From Balanoglossus misakiensis (lineage: Eukaryota > Animalia > Hemichordata), in assembly GCA_040954595.2 (NCBI GenBank), contig CM082585.2, positions 9,001,649-9,065,648 of the forward strand: DNA of 64,000 nucleotides, given 5' to 3'. The position numbers and the translations under genes are program-made. Shown here piece after piece: positions 24,601-39,415 of the stretch (position 1 is the stretch's first letter; every line of letters begins with the position of its first letter). The notes beneath the pieces are model-generated. The model saw only the letters and a list, made by a program, of their open reading frames with translations. It did not search any database and was not told the origin of the DNA.

Positions 24601-27600
24601 CAATCAACCCATAGCGCAACAATTTGTTGTAGGAAGGTTGCATATTTTCTGACTATTGAAGAGTGTTTCGCTTTTGAATCATTAAAATGTAAAACGGCGC
24701 CACGCCGAATAACAAACCCGTATTATTCTGGGTCTGTGTTGAAGATTCGGATTAATTTTCCAGGATAAAAGTCAATTTTGGACAGTGCGTGTGGTTAGTT
24801 TGCTGGTATCTGCTAACAATGGCGCCCGCAAAAGTAGACTAATTACTAATTGTACAATGAATAGAGAAGTAACATTCAAGTTTACCTGTTTAACGCGCTG
24901 TTTACAACTTCTACTTTTCGTGATTAGGTTAATTTAACAAAAAATATCATAAAAGCCTGAGCCAAAACCGTCAGTCGGCAGCAATAAACCTGACATGATT
25001 TTTATTCAGGGCACCACTATCTGCCATCTTCTCCATTAGCGAAATCCAGAAAAACAACCCCCTCTCCGGAAGTGTAATTTAGCGGGAAAAACCATTACCG
25101 TTAATCTCGATTTCGAACAGTTCATTATTATGAATGTTTTGAAAAGGTGTTATTAAAACCCGGCTTTGTACTCGTTCTCATGAGGCAGATATATTACCCG
25201 ATGAAATTGATATATCGATGCGGAAATGGACACTTTATAATGTAAAAGTGATACGGTGGGAAGGGGAAGATATTTTTGTATCTTTTCGTGCATATTAATC
25301 ATTATTATAATTGCACTAATCCAGTGGGTTTCACTTTCAAATTATCACCTTGATTTTTGATGAACCAGATATATCTCTCAGCCTAATAGTTGCCTGGTCA
25401 GGTTGTGCAGAACGGTGAGCGAGGGGAAATTTGCATTTCTGGAAACAAAATCAAACGTGATGTGAATGACAAAGAGAATCCGGAGTTGTATTTGTTCCCG
25501 TCGAGCCACCAGGCCTGCGGGCAACATCAACGAGCCCATTTCCCGACAATCCGAACCTTTCATCAAAGAAAAACTTTCAAAATGTTTTATTTTGCCCCGG
25601 AAGAAAAACGCAATCAGACCAACTGCGTTGACTGCTGGTTTTACGAAACTCTTTCCTTCGCGTTTCCAGCGTGCTTGCTATTTATGACATCACAGCGAGC
25701 TCGCCGGTATCCCATGCAGTAAGCTCCAGCTAACGCGTTTAACACCTGTGTCGTCACTTGCTCTGGTAAATATCATTACCTCTCGTCGGTTCGTGATGCA
25801 AGTCGCACTCTCAGCGCTCTCAAGCGACGTGAGCTGATCAGGGTATCTTCCACGTGGAACAATTTTCAATGAACAATAGCTGTTGTAACTATTCCTATTT
25901 TTAGCGATTTTGTTCTATGTATTCCTAACATGCCCAAATGATACACAGTCTTAAATAACGTCCATGTTACCCTTGGCAACTGACTTTTAACCGTCAGTGA
26001 TAAACTATCAACAACAGTGTTGGCTGTACTTTTACTTTGATAGTGTAGTTTTAAGCGTAAGAGTAAAGCACAGTTGACTTACAAAACAACAATAATAATA
26101 ATATTAGTAATACAACAAAAGTTACAATTATTTCCATTTTAATTTCTTATTTAATCCCCTCCGTGCTGAGGTCTACGGTCCATTCACATTTATTTTCATG
26201 AATGGTGTCAATGGTGTGTTGTTAGCATTTCGTAACTTCATCTTGTCACTCTCACGCCTGAAGCATTCGATTCATTTGATATCAAGGTCGCTTCGACATA
26301 GTTCTACGGTCTCGGAGTTGTATACTTTTTCAAGTTGTGTGGCTTGCAAAGTCAGTGACCGACGGTCAGATAATGAATTCATTGGTCACGGAGATAGAGA
26401 GAGAAGGGAAAAAACCTTGTAAATGATGATCTCCGTCGAGAGTTCCCTTGGCATTTACGTCCGGAGTGACTGATTTCAACTTCGTTTTCCCCCCGAAGCC
26501 GTGCAATATATAAAGCGATGCTTAGAGCCTCCAAATGACCGTTTCCCGTACGTGGCGTTCCAACAAGGTCTCTTTAAGTGATCGTCTGTCGCCAACGCCG
26601 TCAGACAAAACAGAACCGTGTCTGGAAAGACTAGCAGTCTGCGTGGTCAACCGCTAAAAACGACAGATTTCTGATGGTTTTTTTTTTGTTATTTTTACTT
26701 AGTTTTCTATTTCAATGGATTTGTTTTCAAAGTAGACTGATCTCAATTACTTGTATTTTATTTTACTTCATTCGGAGATGGCCAATTGCTTTGTTCTATA
26801 CCAGAGGTAAGAAACCACGAACGGAGGAACGCCAAACCGCAAAATAAAGAGTAGTGTGGGAAACTCTGACGAGTTTGTACGAAAGAAATGATAGTTGATT
26901 AAAATAGAAAATAAATTGTCTTAAACGAGCGATAATCGCGTTAAATATGTATTCTGATACTGAAATCGCATTAGTACGTTGGAATTATCAGCCAATTATG
27001 CGTTATGTGTGAAGCTTTGTCTTTATATTGGATGGGTTATTTTTGTAAGGAAAGAAAGCATATTATTGATACAATCCCACGGTATTAAGGAAACTTGGGT
27101 GAAATGTTTAAAGCATGCGTTTGAATCAGCAGCAGACTTGTATGTGAACAGGTAATGTCTTGAAATGTTTTACTAAGAGGAACCCGGGAGGTAGAGAGAG
27201 GGTAAGAGGGACTGAGATGGTTAGATGTCAAGAATTAGATAAAGTGAAAACAAGATGAGAAATCATCCTTACAGCGTAATAACACACCATGGATTAAACC
27301 GGACACACTACCGTACTACTTGACAGGGGTTGCCTGTCTGAAACGCCAGTTTGTTCCTGGCTCTTCCGAGGCAAGATTAAAGAATCAAGCCGGCCTTCAT
27401 TAGCTTGCATTAGTAGCAATAGCGCAACCAGTCGACGCATTGCTGACGCTAATTTGATACTGAGCGATGTGCTGTGTCTGTAATTTCTGTCTTTGACGAG
27501 ATCCATCCCGTAGTGGCACATGATTGGGCCATTTAGTACAATTTCTAAAAAATCATTTTATACTGGGTTTCCGTTAATGACAGCTCGGCAGATCTGAAAG

Positions 27601-30600
27601 TAACGTTTTTCGGCTGCATCTGGGAAATTCGATAGGCTATTTTGTGCAAATACTGCAGTAGAGGAATCGAAAGAGGCGTCCTTGTTTTATGTATACGTGT
27701 ACTTTTATCGATAAACATTTCCCTAAATGGCGGGACCTGATTCAGCCAACTTTGTTTCCGTTAGTTTTAAAAGTTCTGTGTGTGCTAGGAACTTTTGCTT
27801 TCCTCTCGTGCAGAAGTATTCTTTTTACAAATAATTTAAAATAAAATTTTACCCTCACGTTCATTTGAAGTGATACCTCAGGAATAGAACACATTCCCAG
27901 TAACACGCCATCGTTGCAACCGTGACCACGGGCCCTCAACATTTTCCATACTTATAAAATTCATTTTTTCTACTTTTTTGTGTTTTCTCTCTGTCGTAAC
28001 TAATGTAAAACAAAGTTCTTGTCTGTCGTAAAATTGTTCAAATTTCTACTAAAATCCAATGTCAAACGCCAGTCTCGCGGACAAGTGTACCCCCTAGCTT
28101 TCGCTTTGCTATTATCACGTGATACTGTCTGAGAAAATATGCGCACTACTGTTCACAAGATATGAACTTTGTGTTGAGAACGTAGCTGGTTTTTAGTGAG
28201 TATTGGGTATTTTGCTACTGAGAGAGGACAGATTCTGAGATAGAGGGAAAGAGAGTCGGTAGAGTTCGATAATTATGAGACAGGGCGAGGGAAAGGGAGT
28301 ACAGAGATACCGGGATATGGGGAGAATGAGAGAGGTTAGAGATCTCTGTCGAGACTAGTCTCCACATCTTGATAAAAGCACACGTGATAAGAATGGGTAA
28401 CATTAAATTGAAAGCCCCGGTACGTCCCTCAAAGAAAATTAAATAATTTACTTAAACAGTGTAACTTTTTGTCTCAACAATACCCCACCTGTCTTGTCGT
28501 CAAGTAAAATGGTATTATTATCAGGAAAATGAGAGGGGATTTTTCCAGTCGCATTGGTATAAAATTGAAGAAAAGTGTCCCCAAACAGTGTTCATTTCCG
28601 TTTTATTAAATGATGAGATTTTTAGGCGCATTCTGAGTGGGGACCATTATTGCCGCTCCTCTAGAATTCGAGAACAATTGAACAAAATGGCCGACAACAT
28701 TTTGGAGCGTGCTTCAGGCTTTTGAAACGCCTCGTGAAAAATACCTTTTTCTCTCTTTCTCTGTGTTGAGCTATCCACCAAAAAGAGTGAAATTATCTCA
28801 CAAATCAACTATAATTGTTTATCTAGGTCGTGGAAATTGGCGGCCCTTTGTTCGCTACTCCGCGGATGAATACAGCGGGAAATGAGAGGGTTTTCAATTG
28901 TCGGGCCTATTCACCAGCGTACTTAGTTAACTAACTATTACCACGAGACTGCGTACACTGGAACGCCGTTTTTAACTGCCTGTAATTTTCTGCCATAATG
29001 ACATCAATCTGGGTGCCGGCACTGGCTACTACTCGCTTCTCACAATGCATTTTTTTTCTGAGATCACCACACAACGGGGAAAGAGATTTTCAGACGCACG
29101 ACAATTCCGTGCCACGCAAATAATCCCCTCTAAGTAGCCTGTTCTCGTCTTCTCGCATTTCCGATAATTTTCGACAAATTTCCAAATTCCACCGTCGAGA
29201 GGGAATGATTATTTTAATACCAGTGGATAGGGATCCCTTTTTCGGCGACCGGAAATTGAGGAAAATGGTCCGAGTGCTACGGATCTGACGAAGTGTTTCG
29301 AGGACATTTTTTGCGAGTAGCGAAATAATTTGCGGGGAAGGGAGCCATTTACTGAGGCAGGGAACCGGCACGTTGTTTCGACAACGCGGATTTCCCGCCG
29401 AGACGACAGCTGATGACCAATCTAGTCGTGGCCGTCACACCACTGCTTTTAAGGAAAACGTGATTTTTGACGATTCAAAGACGGGAAGTAGATTTTCTGT
29501 CAGTTGATGAAGAGTTAGTCGTTTAACGCCTTATCTTAGTAAAACATAATCTGAAAAAAAAAAACGATTTGTCGATCACGCAGCCTTTGTTGAAGAATCC
29601 AAGATTTCTGCAATAAAAAAATCTGTATAATCACAAACTGGGACTAGATCAAGCTTGTCAACACAAGCCGTATTTGTATTATCTCCACTAGTACTTCTAA
29701 TAGGACCTCATTGACCTATCAGTGGATTAGATGCAACAGTTATATATACATAACTGCTTCCTAAAACAATAAATATTTACTGCAGTAGTTGTTTTTTTGT
29801 ATGACTTTCACTTATTACGCGTATAAAATAAAACAAACTTGTGTGTTAAGGGACTTGGAGTAACCCCCCCCCCCTCCCCCACCAATGCACGTCCGCGACT
29901 CTAATTGTCTTGTTGTGGCATTCTCCTCTTTTGTTTACAACTGAGTCGGGTTGTGTAACAACCGCACTCCGTGCTATTCTCACGTCCCGTCCTTGTAAAA
30001 ATGAGTGAGTCAGGTATGACGTCATCGGCTTAGTCTTTTCGACGCAGTTTATTGACGTCCCGCCTGTCAATGAACGAAAGGATGTAACGCAGTCTGTTAG
30101 TACGCGGAGAAACTGCGCTTCGCCCTTGACCATTTTGAAATGCAAGACCCCGACGAACAAAATGCAAAACCAGACCCTATTTTCGTCTGGTCGCATTTAA
30201 ATGACGACATGGTCGACCTGTAACAAGCCGAATCATTGGCCCCCGCAGTCTACTCTTTGACATGTCACTAAAACCAAATCTTGGCCACTGCTGGTGCATG
30301 TATCAGCGTCCTTGCTTAAAAATATAATAAAATAGCCATAATCCGCCGAGTCACTGATTTGCGAGTGAGAGACAGATTTTATTGCAATGATAATTATTAC
30401 TGTAAACGAGTATTTTTTTCGAAACACGACCAGTAATGGAAATCTTCATTGACCGAAAGTGTTCAAAAACACACAACCGTGATCATGATACGAGCCTGAT
30501 TGTGAGTGACACTTCTTTAAGCCGAGGTCTGACCGTGACGCGGGCAACTGTGTGAAGAAACGCTCGCTATAGCATCTTATGCACATGAGCTGTCACCAAA

Positions 30601-33600
30601 ACACAATCAGACACAATCTGTTCCGATTAAAAATTCTTTTGACCGATTAATCGAGCGTGAAGACACAAATAAAATATGTGACAATCGGTTGGTTGTGTAC
30701 GCGGTTTGGGTAATTCTTAAATTTCGCTTAAATTACGGGTTTTAATAGTAAAAGGTCTATCCGTTTTAAATCCCAACACTCTAACATGTACTTGCTTTAA
30801 CCATGTAACTAAAATCTGCTGAACTGTGTTGGCGTTGGCTATTTGCAATGATTGTTCCAATGTTTTGTTTCACGGTTCTACCGGTGCAAACAGTGGTTGA
30901 AATATTGTTTCATGGTTCTTCGGAGAATAAACTGTGTTTTTTACTGGTAGTCCCAAAGATGAGAAAGTGCCCGTACGACTTGAGTGGAAGACGAGATGAT
31001 TGGAAAGAGCTGTCCAATGTGTGATAACAGCGATGGCAACATTCTGCCAAAAGAATACATTCCACTAAATGCGCGTAAAGGACATAAAACAAAGGAGATT
31101 GTCCGCACAGTGGTGGTAATTGGGTTGAATTGTTATCAAAATACTCAGACTCGTCAAGTGCTGTTGCGCTCGTTACGTCGATTGGACAATCCCTAATTCC
31201 CGGCCATTGTTTCAGGCGAAAACAGATTATCTCGGTTAGTTCACACCGTTACGGTGGAAAACAAAAGTCCCGGTCTCCGCTGTCAGTCGCGCTGGAGCCA
31301 GGCCCGTATTGGCATCTCCAAGCCCCGACGCACACCTTCAATTGAGAGCTCATCCCCGCTGCATTGATACAAAAAGCCCCCCTTTCTCTTGCAAGTGTTA
31401 ATTTCTTAACACATTAGGTGAGTTTCTACAAATAAACTAATTGATGGCGAGAACCTAAATTTGTAGGGAGGGTGCAGATCTCGTTAGGGAAATCGTCGCT
31501 ACCCCCGAATTTTGTCAGCAGGGTGCCGTCCCTAATGAAGTGGCCCAGTTAAGGCGAACACAACGAGGCCAATAAAAACGATCTTATTTTGCCACCTCAG
31601 ATGAAAAATCTTGATTCTTTAATTTAGCGGGGTGATATTGTTGTCGAACTCGAATAAAACACTCGTTAACCCGTTCCCCCGGGTCACCAAGAGATCTCTT
31701 GACTCTTGACGCGCTTATTGTCTTATCTACAGATTCAGATTTCAGAGTGATGCTTTTGGGGAGAAATTCTCTAAGTATACATTTTTTGCAGGTCATTTGA
31801 CCCTATTAACTTCACATTTTCTAATCTTAACCCATTACCAGGCGGGAGTGCCTCTATTTTCCGTGATTGCGGCGATGCGGAGTTGCGCATACAGGCGTTC
31901 GGAAAGAAAAGGCAAAAAAAAACAAAAAACTGACGGATGAAAAGGCGCAGTTGAGAGATCAGCTATCGAACTGATTTGAGCCATGGGGGAGAGGTAATTG
32001 GGACGAAAACCCGCTGATTTAACAAGGAATTTTTGCCTTTATTGAGCTGTGGCTCATAGTAACGGTTTTGACTCGAAGAGACCGGGGAAGACGACCGCGG
32101 GGCTCTCTTCACCGCCAGCAGCCCTTCGGCCGAGCGAAGATGATGTCGCTCGCTCGAGTGAATCTCCTTCAAAGGGCGGAGTCCGGGGAGGCCATTGTTC
32201 GTCCCCGGCGAGAGGTCCTACACTTCGCCGCGGGTACGCTGCTCGGGAGAATGGGGAGCGGTAATACGAGGCACACGAACGCAGCTCGCCGACTCAAAAG
32301 AAAGATTCAGGGTCTCTTAATGATGAGAGAGAGGGAGCGTCGAATCGTTCGATCAAAAACTCAACAGAAAAACTGACCCGGCTTTTCACGGACTCGTGTT
32401 AGTAATACGCGAGACTCGTGACTCATGAACCGGTCTGCCCATGCAAAGTCACCGACGCCAAGTCACAGCAGCGCCGGCGACTTCGCTTCATTCAACATGC
32501 CTTACGCGATTGTCAGTCCAACCACTTGAGACGTTCTTTATAACTTCGTTAAAGAAAAGAGATAAAACGGAAGACGCCTCAACTGTCTGTTATCTTACTG
32601 GCGAAATAAAGAAAAAAAAAACATATCAAAAATTATAAAAGGGGTAAAGCCCAACCCTCCAATGTGTGTCTATTATCAGGATGTAAGCCGCTCCTCATTT
32701 CAGCCCGATGACCAATTTCCAAGCAGTCACTCAAATTGACAAAAACACTCGTTACTATCTGTTTTGTTGATATTTCGAATAAGCTTAATTAAGGAGCGTT
32801 CGGTGTTGACAAAATGGAGCGACGATCAACACACAACGTGGAGAGGTTAACACAATATTTAAGTGACAATGGGTCGAACTTTGGACGATTTTGTTCAATT
32901 GGTGATGACCATTGTTCCAGTCAATGGCTTACGACTTCTTTAACTGTTTAAGGGGTATTTTGTTCCGTCGAGAGGCTTTGCAGCCGCGGGGCACCGTGTC
33001 CTCTATTCAACCACCGGTTTGCCCGGCGCCGCCGTTCTCGATCTCCCTTTCATGAAGGTGGCTGTACATTTTCACCGGCCACTTGCTTCTTAAAGGAAGG
33101 AGCGCAGTTTTGGCACCTCCGTCTCCGGTTCAACAAACACACCGGCCACTGATATCGCATTTTTGACAACTCAAACCTATAATTACGGCCGTTCATGAAA
33201 AATTTTCGGACACCTCGATGACAGAACCCGACCTTCAAGTCAAAACAGTCTTATTAAGAAGATAACAATGTCTTCAGTCCGATATAGGCGTACTCACTCT
33301 TTCTTTCTCTCCAGTCTCTCTCCCTCTCCCTCCACCCCTCCCCCCTCTCTCATACGCTACGAGGGAAAGTATTTTCGATTTTCGGCACATTCAAATTAAC
33401 GTTGAAGCATTTGCTTATGTCCTAAGAGACATTCTAACCACTGTTTCCGAGAATGTACATCCCATAAGCTTTAGAGGCATTCAACAAGTATCACAGCTTC
33501 CTCCCGCTCAATAGTTTCAGCAGCCTGTAGTTTACACTATTAATAATTTGATTACTGCCATTAAGTAGAAAAGACAGAGTAATTTTTTAACAGATATCTT

Positions 33601-36600
33601 CGCCAATATACTCGGAACAACCACTGATCAACGTTTTACGAGCGCCACGTATGCAAATTTTTCCAAGAGTATATCATAAAATGAGATGATGAAGCTTACG
33701 TCAGTTGACCACCTTTGTCTACGTCCTATGACATGAATGTAATATTTTCAAGTGAAATTAAAGTTAGATAACGGCCTGTGACCGATTAGGAATATGTATT
33801 CTGATCGAAATGAAACAGCGCTATTATAGGCGGTATTTTTAATTTTATTTTTTTTCCATGATATTTGCGTCTGTCAACGCAGTACGTTTCCGCGATGAAG
33901 GACTGTCCACGACTCAGCGTATCGGAGACTTCCACCGAGAGAAACTGTGTGTACTAAAATAAGGGGGTGGGGGGGGGGGTCAGACACGAACCCGTCTCGC
34001 AATCACTTACATAAAGCGCCGAGCAAATACGGATAATATCGGATGAGTTTGAGTTGTAACCACATTTGACATAAATCCTTTAATAGTTTAACCGGGAGAG
34101 GAGACATCCCGCACCTGCATACTTGAACAAAACATGGCACTTGGAGTAGTAAAAAATAATAAATCTCTTTGTGGAGGTACGGGGTAGATTAATGATCCCG
34201 CTCATTGGATGCTAGCAAACTCCTTAAACGCCAGAAACGATTTTTAAAAAGCGGAACATTCTATACACGTTTGGTAATTAGATTTATTGTATGGGTATCG
34301 TCAGTTTATGGCGAGCTGTGAACATAATAGCAATCGTAAAGGTATAATACGAAAGGTAAATTTGATCAGGCTCCAAGTCACACAGCGTATGTCAACAGAT
34401 CCTCAGCGGCGCTACTCATTCCGCTGTTGTGTTGGAGATCTCGCGTTGACAAATAGCTCTGCGCCGATCGTGCTTGTACTTCAGCAGTGGACGGTTATTG
34501 GGCAACTTTAGCTGCAAGTCGTCGGGCTGGGAAGTCGCGCGAGAGAGAAAAAAGTGTTACAAAGAAACGTCGAAATTGATTATCGGTGTCCAGTTCACGC
34601 GTCGATCAAAACTGTTCCCGGCGCTAGCCGCGCCGCGGCGCTCCGTTTCTGTTTTAAAAATACCCGCCGAAGCAAAAATAAACTGGAAATCGCAGACCGT
34701 CACTCGCGAGGGAACAGAACGCGAATTAGACCATGGGGGATTGTGGGAAAAAAAATTGGAAAGTGATTGACGCTGTCCCGTGAAATTGACATATGTTCCT
34801 GCGCGCGGGGTTGTGTTGGTTTCAACTGAAATTGACAATTTATATGTCAATTATTTGAACTATGCAGCGGTGAAAGCCATTTGTTACACAGACATTCGTG
34901 CAGTGGTAGGTGCTTGCCTGGTGACAATTAATTAAGTCCCCGCGGTTCATCCGCTGAGTATCTCATAACGTGCCCGTGAAGAAGAATGTCTTCACCCCAC
35001 ATATCGCGCTTATAGAATACAACTTTTCTTGATGTGGTGATAATGAAAATGAGACGCACTCGGGGTAAAAACCTACACTTTCTGGCGGAACCACTCTGAG
35101 AGCTTAAGTCAAAACATACACGGCCTGGGCCTTGTCTTAACAGTCTGTTTCCAAATAACCTTTTCACTCTCCCCAGACATTTGTAACGAAAACCCATCAT
35201 TGGCTAATTTGACTGCGGAGAAATTGACAGAATACTTTTCCCCGCTCCGGGGTCAGAGGTCACGTTGTGAGGGCTCTCTCCTGACAATTTTCTTTCCTCG
35301 GCGTCTTGTCAAAAACCGAGAGGAGGCCGGGGTCCAGATCGAACGTCATAATAAAGCGTAGCTGCCAATCCGGATCGTTTGACGGGTTCTTGAAATAGTA
35401 GCCCGGGAGTTGTTTAACCTTTTTCTCGCCGAGAGATGAATCAAAACCTGTCAAGCACTGGCAACACCCGACCCGATACATACGTCTGCAGTGGCGCTGA
35501 CTACGTCATCATGAGAAGCGCGTTGGCCAGACAGCTCGGGTTTCTCTGCGGCCGAACGTGATCCCAGCTTTACACAGCGAAGAGATGCCCATCACGCCGA
35601 TTGTAATTTCTCTTTTTAAACGTGTATAGCTTTACTGGAAACGGTGATTAGGTTAAACGCCAATTGGCAAGAGCGGCCCTTGATGATAACGCGCCCCATC
35701 TAACAAGTGATGGGAAAATTAAAGTCGCTGTGCGCACTTTCAGGAGCGTTAAGTGAAATTAATCGTTGCTTGGAGTATAACAGTGAGACAGATTCTTCAC
35801 TTTGAAAGAATCGCAGGACAAAATGATGCCATTTGAACATAATATTGTTCGTAAATCGTGCCATTACTTCAAAACAATAAAGTCGAATAGTTTGCATTCT
35901 GTAGGCTCTCTCACAAATCGAGCTTAATTATTTCATAGAGACTTAGCGAAAACCAAGTCGCTTGGCAATATTTGCTAAGGCGTAACGATGACGTGGCAAG
36001 GCCTTCTTTATTCGAATAACAGCGTGTTGAGCAGTTTCAGATTTCGTATCGTCTTTCCCGGATAAGCGCCCCGAATGATAGAATAACAGAGGATGCATAT
36101 ATAGATGTCATTTCCTCCGACTTATTACTCGGAGAATCAAATTCCAGTGGCGAGAATTGAACTAGGAGCGCGAGAGGTCCAGACATTCTGCGGTTTGATT
36201 GTACCCTCCTGCATCTTGGGTCTGTGTTTCTAAGTTTAGAAACCCTCGGAGATCGCAACTACACGCATGCCCAATGAGGCACAAATCTCACGTTTATTGC
36301 TTTGAAAATGTTTTTCATTACTCTACGCATAGATGAATGATAAAACTTGAGAATTGGCAAAGAATGAGTCTCTCGTGTCTGAAGGGATTGTCGTGGAGGG
36401 AATTATTATGCAGTGAAAGTGCTTCTCATATTTTTTCGTATTATTTGGATCCGTTTACAGACTCTGGGATAAAGTGATTTGTCATCCAATTTTCTGTATA
36501 AAGATCTTCTTTTCTGAAATTGCGCGTTTTCCTGCGCATTGGCATAGTTTTTGGATTCATTTCTCGGACACCTTTGAGAATTGATTTTTTCCAATAGCAT

Positions 36601-38265
36601 AGAATTTAAACTAGTGTTTTACCCGCCGTCTTTTGCCAATCAGTAATCCAGTTTTCATACAAATAAAATCGGGTAAATGTCAGTGATTTTTTTCACATCG
36701 AACGACAAAAAAAAATCCTGCCAGGGGTGGGAACGCAAAATTGGTCCCCACACGACAGGCCCCAATGGTTGTGTGTGTTCGTGTCCGTACACTCACTGCC
36801 CCAAGGACACAGCCAAATTGCAACGGGGCCTAATGAAGTAACGAAATCCGCAGTCATAACAGTGCGCTGTTGAACTTACCAAAAGTTTCCCGGCCACATA
36901 CTAGCAGAAAAACTTCCGGAGGTGGAGCTCAGTAACTTAGTACCCACTTTGGGTTCTGATTTATAAGCGGAACCAGCTGTCAGTTTTCATTTTATCGCAG
37001 CAATATGTTACGTCCGGAAAATTCGGAACGAGAAGTTTTCAATTTCTTTTTTTTGTCTTCCACAATGACGTATCCCCATACCTCGGTACTTTTAAAGGGA
37101 CAATAGCTGCAACATTTTGCCTTTTCATTGTTTTTTGTTCAGTGTATCAAATGAACCCTCTTTGTTCTACCCCACATGCTATAATTCTCAGTATTCGGCC
37201 CGTACATGTGTAATGACATTGTTATTTTTAACAAGTGAATTCTGGTCCGGACCTGAATTCAAATTGTAACAGCACAGTGCCAACCCATGTACACACGCAG
37301 GCTAAATTCTTTAGTATTTCTTAGGCTTAGAATGAAACATCTCTCCGCAACATGGGTCTGTTTTCTTTTAAAGGCAGTATAAAACACAAATAGTCGGCGC
37401 TGATACCAGTCAAGGCGTTGACTGATTTCTGACCGTCATGCTTCGTTAGGCACGGGTTTTAACAAGTGTATCGCACAGGAGCTACACTCATATGTACAAT
37501 AACACACGGGGCGATGTTCGTTGAGTTTTCTTCTCCCCGCCCGTTCGTGTATCCCTCGCGGGAACACCGGTGTCGACTTACGAAAACTTTGATAATCAGC
37601 GTAAGCGATAGCTGCAACACGTCCGCTCGACTTCTCTCCGTCGCCACAGACGATCGGCCGAACAGCTGACGATTCGGGGGGAAATTGTATACACGCTGTT
37701 TAACATCCGAAACGGGGCGAAAAGTGCTCTCGCTCGGGCGGAAGATACATGAGAACTGCGAGGCTGCAACTAACGGGCCCCGGCCATCTTTCCCGATAAC
37801 CGATTTCGCATTTTTTACGCAGAAGTTTTAATATCTCCCGAGTTTGGCGGCCATTGTGATGCAGATTGGCCCTCGTCGGCTGCGTTTTTTCACCAGCCAT
37901 CAATCACCCGCCACGGGTTGATGAAACGCCGAGACTCCCAGAATAAAACCGGGCGTCACGCTCGATTAAGCAAATATGAAATGACGGGTGGTAGGTGGGA
38001 AGTGAATAAAAGTTGAATCTGAAAAGGCGGCGAGATAGGATCAGATCAGCCTCTCATACTTGGGACTCTGCTGATTGCTAATTGTTGGAAGGACAGCTTT
38101 ATTACTTGGCCTGTTGTCTTTTATCTTTATTTGTATTTCTTTTATTATGTCTCTGTCAGGAGCCATCTTACAAAACATGATGAGTTTGATGTCGATTCCC
38201 AGTGGGAACTCTAACAAAGATAATTAATTTATTTTCTGATTTCTGATTTTACTTCAAATCATGGC

Positions 38266-38297
<32 letters not shown>
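38266..38297 (+). repeat. (AGAT)8 microsatellite
   Basis: Read directly from the sequence. Confidence 0.95.
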
Positions 38298-38298
<1 letters not shown>

Positions 38299-38321
38299 TA
38301 TAGAAAGATTGCGCAAAGAGC

Positions 38322-38388
38322 TACATACATACATACATACATACATACATACATACATACATACATACATACATACATACATACATAC
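38322..38388 (+). repeat. (TACA)~17 microsatellite
   Basis: Read directly from the sequence. Confidence 0.95.
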
Positions 38389-39393
38389 GAGCTCACAATA
38401 TTTGAGATGATAGCGCTAGAAGTGTTTATATGTTAGAGTAGACTCTATAACCGTTTTCCATCATCACCAACGATGACAAAAGTAAATGAAAAGTTCAATT
38501 TGATATTTGTCCAGTGGTTTTTGGGCATAAGCGTAGTATTATATCAGAACTATTGTCAAGATCCTGAGTCAATAGAACGGAAAGTAGTTTTATGTCAACT
38601 GATGTGAGTGCTCCGCAAGACGAGGGCAGTGCGCCCCGTATTTAGATAATTTGTCGCAAGTTGACCTCGGGGATACTGTTTCACGAACGACACCGAATGA
38701 CGGAGGAGGTGTCAACTGAAACGACGGCCGGGGAAATTTTAAATGACCACGAACTCATTGAAATTCTGTCATTAGCATGTTGAGGGGAGCGCCGGTAAAT
38801 GCGACCCGAAAACAAGAAAGTTGAAACCTTACATCACTTCCCTGAAATGGACATAAATCACAAAGGCAGAAATTATTCATAGCGTTCCCAACCACCGCAA
38901 ATCTAGTCGCAGAGGCGCTTTCGCCGGCGCGCGGGTACAAATATTACAATAATAATAACCAAGTCTTCTAACTTAATCATTCTCTAAAATTTACGTCCGC
39001 TGTAGTTTAATGTCGATTTGAAGGTGTCTGGAGATTTGTCAAAATATAGAGACGCAGCTTCTTATGTTCCTCGTAATCACTAAAACAGACGCTTTCGACT
39101 TAAAGTTCATTCTCCTCTTTCGTTGGTCGCATCTCGGCCTGCGCCGACCGTTTTAAAATATTAACACTGTTGACTTCGATTTTTCTACTTTTCTTCCTCG
39201 GGGTATAAAGTGCAAATCTGATATTTGGTGTCCCTTCTGAACTGAAGCGTTTAAGATCGTCAGTCGATGTTGCGTCGTTGCACCGGTAAGTATACCCCGC
39301 GGTGGCTTCGACATCCTAACTTTCCGGCCGTGAGACGGGGCCCACTTGTTTCCCTCTCATTCGTCCTGTAAAGTTTAGCTCTGTTATTTTTTC

Positions 39394-39415
39394 GGTGGTG
39401 GTGGTGGTGGTGGTG
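39394..39415 (+). repeat. (GGT)7 microsatellite
   Basis: Read directly from the sequence. Confidence 0.85.

Noticed and set aside
25390-25722. ORF with GERGEICISG resembling an adenylate-forming enzyme motif
   Set aside because: Lacks the following GY motif and any other family motif, non-ATG start, no exon context. Probably chance.
30984-31196. 70-aa ORF with CxxC
   Set aside because: Single CxxC, no second metal-binding pair, no splice context or recognisable homology.
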